A stretch of 32,000 nucleotides of DNA, from the NCBI GenBank assembly GCA_000090985.2, contig CP001330.1:974335-1006334 (forward strand), in the 5' to 3' direction. Of this stretch, positions 1-6,885 are shown piece after piece. The notes under the pieces are model-generated. The model saw only the letters and a program-made list of their open reading frames with translations. It did no database searches and was not told where the DNA came from. The position numbers and the translations under genes were made by a program. This stretch comes from Micromonas sp. (Eukaryota). Numbering within the stretch: the stretch's first letter is position 1; the number at the start of each line of letters is the position of its first letter.

Positions 1-168
1 GGAATCCTCGGAAGATCGAATCGACTCGACGACGAGGGCGCCGTCGGAGTTGACGGCGCCCGCCGGCACCTCGTCGCCGACGCGTTTAAGCACCGGCAGC
101 GCCTCGCCGGTGATGTGCTGAATCGACACCAGCGCGCTGCCGTGCACGACGATCCCGTCGAGGGGAAC
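1..168 (-). CDS. HMA1: Heavy-metal P1B-type ATPase (HMA1-like), downstream exon running off the window start
   Basis: Minus-strand translation from 168 reads VPLDGIVVHGSALVSIQHITGEALPVLKRVGDEVPAGAVNSDGALVVESIRSSEDS. This is the actuator-domain block of P1B ATPases (compare plant HMA1 VPVDG..GSATITIEHLTGE..GD.VPGGA.N.DG). It joins in frame to the exon ending at 492 (VRAGQQ|VPLDG). The frame is open to position 1. Confidence 0.85.
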
Positions 169-491
169 CTGTGAACGCGGCGGTGGGAGGAGAGAGACCC
201 GGGGGTGAGAATACGAGAAGGAGCGTGAAATGAACCAGGTAAAGAGGCGGGTAAGGAAAGAGGTAAAGTCGCGCATCCAATTCGCCGCCGTAAAGTCTCA
301 GATGGGTAAACGGCATGTTTCGGTTGAATCGCCATCGCCGGGGTAATTAATCCCGCCTTGGAAGGTTTCTGCGAAAGTCATCCTCACGGACGATGCGGCG
401 GCGCGGGGCTGGGCGCGAACAGAGGGACGAGCCGAAAAGACCGGACCGGAAAAAGAGGAGGAAGGAAAAAAAGCCGCCGAGAGCTTCTCAC
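169..491 (-). other. Spliceosomal intron (323 nt) in the HMA1-like gene
   Basis: On the minus strand the donor is CAG|GTGAGA (GT at 491-490) and the acceptor is TTCACAG| (AG at 170-169). Splicing restores the conserved motif VRAGQQVPLDG. The unspliced frame runs into a stop at 384-386. The flanks are C-rich and the central segment has more balanced composition. Confidence 0.85.
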
Positions 492-1309
492 CTGCTGTCC
501 GGCTCTGACGAACACGTTCGCGCCCACTCCGACGTCCCTCGCCGGAACGAGCCGCTCGCTGTCCGCGTCCGGGGACCCGTCCTCCCTCAGCTCCACGATC
601 GTCGCCTCCCCCGGCACCGTCGCCCAGAGCATCCGCAAATCGCCCCTCGCGTGTCCCGTCAACCTCGTCTCCACAAAGTGCGCCGAAGCGAAGAGCACCA
701 AGAGCATCGCGCCCTCGATGGCGCACCCGAGGAGCACGGTGCCCGCCACCGCCAGCGTGGTGAGGACGTGTATGTTCACGTTGCCCACCGCGAGTTCGTA
801 GGAGACGTCGACAAACTCCGACGTCCCCGCGAGCGCGTACACGGCTACGGTAGCAGCCGTCTCGATGGACGCGGCGGTGACGGATGTCTCCATCCCCATG
901 TGCCGACAGAGGTGCGCGACGCCCCCGACGATGAGGAAGAACCAGGACACCGCGCACACCGCGACGTTTCCCTTGAGCTTATCCGCGATCCAACCCACGC
1001 CGGTGGCGCGGTAGAACGCCGTCAACGCGCGTTCGACGCCGTTCGGCCCCGCTCTCGTCGCAACCTTCGGCCCCCGCGTCTCCGGCATGGCGTCACCCGA
1101 GTCGCCGGAGAAGCCAGCCTCGGCGATGAACGCCTCCTCGTCGTAGGACCCGGAGGGGTCCTGCATGTACATCGCCCCGCCGTCGGCGTCCGCGCCGCAT
1201 CCGTACGGGGCGCCGCAGCATCCGGAGGAAGCGTGCGAGTGGCCGTGCGAGGCGTCGTCGTCGTCGTTCGTGAAGCTCGGTCGTCCGCCCGCGTTGTCGT
1301 GCGAGTGGC
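492..1309 (-). CDS. HMA1: HMA1-like P1B ATPase exon: His/Cys-rich metal-binding N-region plus first transmembrane helices
   Basis: The frame reads ..HSHDNAGG..DDDDASHGHSHASSGCCGAPYGCG..MYMQDPSG..GNVNIHVLTTLAVAGTVLLGCAIEGAMLLVLFASAHFVE..VRAGQQ. The GNVNIHVL..EG..LL..F..AH block and the His-rich/GCC stretch match what I recall of HMA1. The ORF track starts at ATG 1172, but the in-frame His/Cys-rich part upstream (back to the stop at 1350-1352) is typical coding sequence. The 5' boundary at 1309 is set by a CTGAC..pyrimidine..CAG acceptor and is less certain than the 3' boundary. Confidence 0.7.
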
Positions 1310-1560
1310 CTGCGCGCGATGAGGGTGGGTGGGACGGGGCGCGGGAACGTCAGCGCGATGCTCTCGGGGGCGTGATGGACGCGATCGCGCGCGAAGATCG
1401 CGGACGGGGCGCGGGATCCAGCCGCGGCGGCGGTGCCGCCTCCGCGGGAAAAAGCCGACCGGGGGCGATCGCGCTGGCAAACCTAAGCTCGCCAGGGTTT
1501 ACGGGATAAGGCGGATGGGCGCAGTGGTGGACGGGGAAGGCGCGGTCGCCGTGGTCGTAC

Positions 1561-2002
1561 CGTGGGGCCCGGAGTGCGACCGGACGGTCAATCCGCGCAG
1601 CCTTCGTCCACCGCATCCGTAGGCGCCGCACGACGCGAGCCGCAGCCCCTCCATCGCGCTCGACCGACGCGCGCCGAGTCGCAACCTCGACGGCTGCTGC
1701 GGCACCCACGCGCACGCCCGATTCGTCGACGCATGGGTGAGCATCATAGGAGCGCCGGACGCGAGACGTTGTGAAGCGCGCGCGCCGGTGAGCGACCGCG
1801 ATCGGACGACGCCGCGTCCGGTCCCGACCCTGAGCCGGGGAGCGGTGAGCGCGCCGTGATCCATGACGCGAACCCTGGACGGCGACCGGGCGCACCAGCG
1901 CCGCTCCGTTGTGACGCGCGAGTGGACGTGCCGAGCGCCGTTGCCGTTGCCGTCGGTTCGATCTTCGCGATTCGTCGTCAGTCGACGCGGGTCATCGCTC
2001 AT
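1561..2002 (-). CDS. Putative first exon (Arg/Ser/Thr-rich transit-peptide-like leader) of the HMA1-like gene
   Basis: ATG at 2002 lies directly downstream of an AT-rich stretch (minus strand TTTTCGTATTTTCGAAAAAAAGTGTTTTCTTCT ATG). The ORF encodes MSDDPRRL..RLRVGTGRGVVRSRSLTGARASQRLAS.., which looks like a transit peptide. The only phase-compatible donors for the acceptor at 1310 are G|GTACGA (exon end 1561) and G|GTGGAC (exon end 1612). The model is tentative. Confidence 0.35.
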
Positions 2003-2113
2003 AGAAGAAAACACTTTTTTTCGAAAATACGAAAAGCACCACCTCCGCGGTACGACGACGCAGTTAGAGTACCAGTATGTGTGCTAAAATGGCTATGCGC
2101 TACCACTCACAGA

Positions 2114-3076
2114 TTAAACGCGAAACTTGGTCCGATCGTGCGTGAACCTCATGTACACCACCACCCACGTGAAGACGACGCCGACGAGAACTAAGACGAT
2201 CCACGTCCAACACCCCCCGCGCCTGTTCGTCTCGTATATCGCCTTCTGCCGCGATCGCTCCTTCTTGACCCCAGCCAGGTTGCGGTCCAGCGATCCCTCC
2301 ACGACGTCGAGCTCCCTCCGGCTCTCCCTCAGACTCGCCTCCATCGCCAACGAGTTCGCCTTGATGCCGCCCGCCAGCTCCAGCATCTCGTCGGTGAGCT
2401 CCTCCTGCGCGGCTCTCTGCCGCGCGATGTGCGCGTCGCCGGCGTCGGAGATCTTGACCCCGCCCTCGCGACGCTGTCTCGACGCGCCGCCGCCAGCTGT
2501 GTTGGTCGCGACGCCAGACGACGATTTGGGATCGGGCGATGACGCCGAGCCGGTCGCCCTTCTGCGGACGGGCGCGGGCGGCTTGTACGGTCGCCACTCC
2601 CGCGCGGATGAGGACGCCGCGCCCGCGGCGGCGGTGACGTACGGCGCCGCGCGATGGCGCGACGACGACGACGTCGACGACGTAGATCCCGGATCGCCGA
2701 GCGCGACGACGACGGTCGACGCGACTCGGTCGACGCGGGCCGCGTACGCGTCGGCCGTTGCGGGGTCCCTCGCGCGGATCTCGGTGACGAGCCCGCGCAT
2801 GACCTCCACGTGCTGATGCGCCTTCGCGTCGTTCACGGCGTCGAAGCCCGGGCGCGACGGTCCCCCGGGCGCGTGCCGCTCGTCGTCGCTCGCCCGAGAT
2901 CTTCCCCCGGCGGTGGGTGCATCTTCCTCCTCCGACGGCGAGGGCGCTCCGCGGCGACCGCGCGACGGGGTCGCCGGCGGCGATGTGGGGGCGCCGCCCG
3001 CGGACGATGCGGCCTTGGACTCGTAGACGCGAAGGAGCCGCGCCAGGCTGACCTCTTGGGGCCGCGTCGAGGTCAT
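2114..3076 (-). CDS. Tail-anchored SNARE-like protein (possibly Use1/Slt1 family)
   Basis: 320-aa ORF starting at a real ATG (3076). The N-terminal half is disordered. The C-terminal part is a heptad/SNARE-like segment (EELTDEMLELAGGIKANSLAMEASLRESRRELDVVEGSLDRNLAGVKKE) followed by one hydrophobic helix (CWTWIVLVLVGVVFTWVVVYM) and an 11-residue tail. The family assignment is from memory only. Confidence 0.55.
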   Translation of the reverse strand: MTSTRPQEVSLARLLRVYESKAASSAGGAPTSPPATPSRGRRGAPSPSEEEDAPTAGGRSRASDDERHAPGGPSRPGFDAVNDAKAHQHVEVMRGLVTEIRARDPATADAYAARVDRVASTVVVALGDPGSTSSTSSSSRHRAAPYVTAAAGAASSSAREWRPYKPPAPVRRRATGSASSPDPKSSSGVATNTAGGGASRQRREGGVKISDAGDAHIARQRAAQEELTDEMLELAGGIKANSLAMEASLRESRRELDVVEGSLDRNLAGVKKERSRQKAIYETNRRGGCWTWIVLVLVGVVFTWVVVYMRFTHDRTKFRV

Positions 3077-3388
3077 GACGACGACGGGGCGAAGTGACGA
3101 TGGGGCGAAATCACGCAGCCGAGAAAAGGGGCTGACGGGACCGGGCGAGCGCTTGCCCGTTGCTGATTTTCAAAGTTGACGCGCTCCTTTTCCCTCGGCC
3201 GCGCGCGGTGCGAGTTCCGGGTTCGCGCGAACGAAGCGGCGAACGTCACTCCGACGCCGCACCGCCGGGATCGGCGCCCGCTCGTCCGGAGTTTGCCGGC
3301 GGCCGCGCCGGTCGCCGGGTCGAACCGACGCTGAAGAGAACCCGCGCGAGATCCTCCATCGGGCGCACGCTCCCGCAGTAGCGACGAG

Positions 3389-3532
3389 ATGCCTTCCGAC
3401 GGGTACAACTGGTTCCTCATCCTGGTGGCGATCATCGCCTCCGTGGTGCTCGTCCTGATCAACGTCTACATCCTCGTCCACTTTCAGCACCCGGAGGACC
3501 GCAACCAGGCGTGGTTCCCCAAGCTCGTCGTG
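3389..3532 (+). CDS. LMBR1/LIMR-family membrane protein, exon 1
   Basis: The exon encodes MPSDGYNWFLILVAIIASVVLVLINVYILVHFQHPEDRNQAWFPKLVVV. This matches the plant LIMR N-terminus as I recall it (..YQHPDDANQAYFPKFVVV..). The donor GTGCGC is at 3533, phase 0. Confidence 0.85.
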
Positions 3533-3681
3533 GTGCGCGCCCCGAACCGATCAACAACCCTCGGCCTTTGCTCCGAGATCTTCGCCCCACCCACCGGGTT
3601 CTTCCCCCGCTCTCGTTCGCGTCCGACCTCCCGCGCCTTACGTCCCCCGCGCCTTACGTCCCGCGCTCCATCATCGCACAG
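3533..3681 (+). other. Spliceosomal intron (149 nt), C-rich
   Basis: GTGCGCGCCC...TCATCGCACAG. Both junctions are phase 0. Splicing joins KLVVV to ILGLTLAEMSILLLPLDVANRAAC. The intron contains a 16-nt tandem duplication, CCGCGCCTTACGTCCC x2. Confidence 0.8.
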
Positions 3682-5091
3682 ATCCTGGGCCTGACCCTCG
3701 CCGAGATGTCCATCCTCTTACTCCCCCTCGACGTTGCCAATCGCGCGGCGTGCGCCGACTCAATCGTCCTCTCCGCGTGCAACTTTGCGCTCCCGATGGA
3801 ACAACTCTGGTACGCGGTGTACATGTCGATGTTCGTCATGATGGTCGCCGTCGTCCCCTTCACGCTGTTCTACTACGAGCAGGACCACGACATGAGCGCG
3901 TGGGGTAAGACGGTGTCGAGCGGGTGGTGGATCGGCGGCACCTTGGTCGTGCTCGCGCTCATCCTAGGCTTGTGCTACGGGTTTCTCGGGTTCGTGGATT
4001 TCCCCGTGACGACGCTGACGTCGGGGCTCGCGCCCTTGGGTAGCGCCGCGCTCGATGCCGCGCACAAGTGCGTCGCCCCCGAGACGTTCGCGTCCAACGG
4101 CGTCAACAACGGCTACGCGTGCGACGCGGACGGGGGCGTGCCCACGGAGACGTGGTCGGTGCGAACAACCTTCCCGGTGTACGTCATCGCCGTCGGTTCG
4201 ATTCTTTCGTGGGTGCTCTTCATCGCATTCGGCGGCGTCGGCGTCTCCGCGATTCCCATCGACCTCGTCAAGTCCTTCCTCGGAAGGCCGAAGAAGGTCA
4301 TCGCGCGGAGCGAGTACATTCGCATCGCCGGGAAAATTGCCGAGCAGACAAAGGCGGTCATGGCGGACGCTCGGGAAGTGCAGCGAGAGGAGAGGGGCAC
4401 CGGCAAGACGAGGAAGACGAGGCGCGCGCTCGCGGAGATCAACAAGCGGCTCGTGCAGCTCGAGGAGGACGAGCTCATCTTACAGAAGATGTATCCGCAG
4501 GGCGAGGACAGGGACGCCAGCTGGACGGTGACGGTGATGGGGTACTACGCGAGCCTCGGCGGCGGCGTCGTGTGCGGGATCGTGTCCATCCTCTGGATGC
4601 TGCACATCGGGTTGTACATGTTCCCGGATCCGCCGCTGACGCCGTTTCTGAACCGGTTCTTCGTGGACTTGGACTCGGCGTTCGGGCTGCTGGGCACCGG
4701 ATCCTTCGCGCTGTTTTGCTTTTACCTGATCATGTGCGTCATCAAGGGCAACGTCAAGGTTGGGTTCAGGCTGTTGCTGTGGACGGTGTACCCGATGCGG
4801 CTGGGGAACACGCTCATGTCCGCGTTTCTGTTCAACGTCAACCTCATAATGCTGAGCTCCATCGCGGTGATTCAGTTTTGCGCAAAGGCGTTTGACGGGT
4901 ACGCCGCGGAGACTTCGGTGAGCGACATATTCGGTCAGGAGATTGAGAACCTGCGGGGGCTCGGAGCGGTTTTCCGCGAGAACGTCTTTCTGTACATCTT
5001 CTTCGCCGTGGCGTGTCTATCGGCGATCGCGCTGGGATCGGACGAGGTGAAGGCGGCGCGTCAGCCGCGGCGGAACCTCGAGTCGATGTGA
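3682..5091 (+). CDS. LMBR1/LIMR-family membrane protein, exon 2
   Basis: Long ORF with multiple hydrophobic helices and a central charged coiled segment (REVQREERGTGKTRKTRRALAEINKRLVQLEEDELILQKMYPQGED), the LMBR1-domain layout. Stop at 5089-5091. Confidence 0.85.
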   Translation: MLGLTLAEMSILLLPLDVANRAACADSIVLSACNFALPMEQLWYAVYMSMFVMMVAVVPFTLFYYEQDHDMSAWGKTVSSGWWIGGTLVVLALILGLCYGFLGFVDFPVTTLTSGLAPLGSAALDAAHKCVAPETFASNGVNNGYACDADGGVPTETWSVRTTFPVYVIAVGSILSWVLFIAFGGVGVSAIPIDLVKSFLGRPKKVIARSEYIRIAGKIAEQTKAVMADAREVQREERGTGKTRKTRRALAEINKRLVQLEEDELILQKMYPQGEDRDASWTVTVMGYYASLGGGVVCGIVSILWMLHIGLYMFPDPPLTPFLNRFFVDLDSAFGLLGTGSFALFCFYLIMCVIKGNVKVGFRLLLWTVYPMRLGNTLMSAFLFNVNLIMLSSIAVIQFCAKAFDGYAAETSVSDIFGQEIENLRGLGAVFRENVFLYIFFAVACLSAIALGSDEVKAARQPRRNLESM

Positions 5092-5147
5092 TTGACGTGA
5101 TTAAAAAGAGAAACTTTTACTTACGCGACGCTCGCGAGTGACGCTCA

Positions 5148-5915
5148 TCACGGGAAGGGTTTGCCAGGCCCCGCGTCGTCGTCCCAGTACGTCTCCGACG
5201 CCGGCGCCCTGTTGCACAAAAACTTTTTTCCCTGGATCGTCGAGTTCGCCGTCTTCATCAATCCGCCCCAATGGTACACGTGCGAACCGGAGCGAACCGC
5301 GGTGTTGTCGACGAGTTCCGTTGCGTGAAAGTTGATCTCCCCGTGCCAGTTGGACACAGCCCCGCCTCGCGTCGCGTTGTTCCCCCGCAGCTCGCAATGA
5401 TTCAGCTCCACACGCCCGTACGTCACCGCGACCGCGCCGCCGAAACCGTCGACGTCGCCGTTCGTCAGCGACAGGTCCCACAGGTCGAGCCGCGCCGGGC
5501 CGTACACCTCGAAGATTCCCGATTTGCCGTCCGCGTCGATGACGCACTTCGCCGCGTCGGGGTCCCGCGCGCCCCCGGCGCTTCGCGCGATGTCCTCGTC
5601 CCATCCGTAGTTGCAACGCCCCACCATCGTCAGGCGGCGCAGGTTGCGCAGCGCGGGCAGGGGTCGCGAGTTCGTCAGCGTGATGTCGGAGCGGATCCAA
5701 ATCTCGGAGATGTACGGGTCCTCCATGGCGGCGCGCAGGTCCGCCTCGGTGGCGACGTCGACCCTCGAGTCGCCGTACTTGGCGCGATGAAGCTCGTTGG
5801 AGCCGGTGGGGAACCGGTACGCGCCGCCCTCCTGGGTGTACGCCGACGCGAACCGGTTATGGTCCGTGGCGACGGCGACGAGCAAGGTGGCCAGGAGCGC
5901 CAGAGCGGGCGTCAT
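5148..5915 (-). CDS. Secreted protein with parallel beta-helix / Pmp-like (GGAV, FxxN-type) repeats
   Basis: The ORF-track start at 5987 is a TTG. The first ATG (5915) gives a signal-peptide-like MTPALALLATLLVAVA. Downstream motifs include GFGGAVAVTYGRVELNHCELRGNNATRGGAVSNWHGEINFHATELVDNTA, typical of right-handed beta-helix repeats. Confidence 0.6.
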   Translation of the reverse strand: MTPALALLATLLVAVATDHNRFASAYTQEGGAYRFPTGSNELHRAKYGDSRVDVATEADLRAAMEDPYISEIWIRSDITLTNSRPLPALRNLRRLTMVGRCNYGWDEDIARSAGGARDPDAAKCVIDADGKSGIFEVYGPARLDLWDLSLTNGDVDGFGGAVAVTYGRVELNHCELRGNNATRGGAVSNWHGEINFHATELVDNTAVRSGSHVYHWGGLMKTANSTIQGKKFLCNRAPASETYWDDDAGPGKPFP

Positions 5916-6231
5916 CGCGGACGGAGGGGACGCGGGTTCGCGAGCGCGAAAGCCGTGGGAGACTGCTGTAGTGCTCGTACACGTCAACCCGTCCGCGCAC
6001 TGTGCACTCGCGCGTTCAGCAAAGGTGAGGGCGTCGCGCTATGCGCGCCGTGCTCGGACTGTGTGGACCGTTGTTAAAATCAAGGGTGAACTTTTTTTTT
6101 TTGGCTGACGCATTGACTCTGGGGTCCTCACGTGCGAGACCGCCGACGCGTCCACACTTCACGGATCGATGCGAAACTTCGCAGGGAGGACGCGGACGTC
6201 GCGTCGCGTCGGCCCGTGCGCTCTCAGAAAT

Positions 6232-6245
6232 AAAAAAAAGAAAGA
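6232..6245 (-). terminator. Pol III oligo-T terminator of tRNA-Thr
   Basis: On the minus strand, immediately 3' of the tRNA, the sequence is TCTTTC TTTTTTTT ATTTCT. The T8 run corresponds to + strand A 6232-6239. Confidence 0.7.
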
Positions 6246-6318
6246 TGCCCCCAGTGAGGATTGAACTCACGACCTCATCCTTACGAAGGACGCGCTACTA
6301 CCACTGAGCTATGGAGGC
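6246..6318 (-). tRNA. trnT-CGU: tRNA-Thr (anticodon CGU), 73 nt, no intron
   Basis: Minus strand: GCCTCCATAGCTCAGTGGTAGTAGCGCGTCCTTCGTAAGGATGAGGTCGTGAGTTCAATCCTCACTGGGGGCA. The acceptor stem is 7 bp (GCCTCCA/TGGGGGC). The anticodon stem is CGTCC/GGATG with loop TTCGTAA, giving CGT. The T arm is GTGAG TTCAATC CTCAC. A and B boxes are present. Confidence 0.9.
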
Positions 6319-6484
6319 TTTGCACTTCCTGAAGGTAAATCACCTGTAGGCAGCTCATGAGACGCTTTGGAGTTCAGGCTTGGACTGTTACCAGTCCAAT
6401 CGTTGAGCCATTCGTCAAAGTTGGAAATATGAAGCGCACAAATATTTGGTTTTCGCTCGTATGACGAAACAGTGAGAAAGTCTA

Positions 6485-6560
6485 TTTCTTACGCCAATTA
6501 TGCTTTCTTACGTGAATTATGCCTTCTTGGGAGAATTGTGCTTTCTCGAGTTGAATCTCC
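6485..6560. repeat. Four degenerate 18-20-nt tandem repeats (consensus about TTTCTTACGNGAATTATGC) in an AT-rich island
   Basis: The four units are TTTCTTACGCCAATTATGC (6485-6503), TTTCTTACGTGAATTATGCC (6504-6523), TTCTTGGGAGAATTGTGC (6524-6541) and TTTCTCGAGTTGAATCTCC (6542-6560). Confidence 0.6.
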
Positions 6561-6885
6561 GCCGTCAACTCGGAAGTGACTTTTTGCATGCCGAGTCAGA
6601 ACCCCGGTTTTTCAGTCGTTTGCCGAACCCCCCGCCAGTTGAGAGGCGCGTAGGGCGCCGATGGAGTGTCTCCTCGGCCCGTGCGGCGCGACGCCGCTGG
6701 AGAGGCACTCCGCCGAGCTCACCGTTCACGGCGTCGAGGTGAGCGTCCCCTCGATACCCCGCGCCACCGACCCGCGCGCCACGCGGCACCCCCTCGAAAC
6801 GGCCCATTCTCAATGACCGCCCTCCCAGCCGACCGCTACGGACCCCCGGGCTCTGACGACACCCGTCTTCCCCCTCCTCCCCGCG

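Noticed and set aside
1350-1352. The in-frame TGA separating two same-frame minus-strand ORFs (1350-1895 and the ATPase ORF) as a selenocysteine or read-through codon
   Set aside because: The upstream ORF translation (Arg/Pro-rich) has no ATPase or selenoprotein character. The surrounding sequence fits an intron (CTGAC plus pyrimidine tract plus CAG), which explains the stop more simply.
3533-3681. Introner elements (repetitive transposon-derived introns known from Micromonas pusilla) as the identity of the GC-rich introns at 169-491, 3533-3681, 10639-10788, 15636-15760 and 28552-28656
   Set aside because: By eye the five introns share only splice-site and branch-point motifs and C-richness. 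There is no extended sequence similarity, common length or terminal repeat. A genome-wide alignment would be needed to exclude membership in diverged families.
5916-5987. ORF-track start positions 5987, 13788, 28299 and 31978 as translation starts
   Set aside because: The underlying codons are TTG or GTG, not ATG. Eukaryotic initiation at the first downstream ATG gives sensible signal or presequence peptides (5915, 13713, 28284). The frame at 31978 simply continues to the window edge.
6319-6480. An snRNA (for example U6), a second or permuted tRNA, or another known small RNA in the AT-rich island
   Set aside because: I found no match to the conserved U6 core or to tRNA cloverleaf elements on either strand. 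The 8-bp hairpin has a 4-nt loop, so it is not an anticodon-arm geometry. It is left as an unexplained island in the findings.
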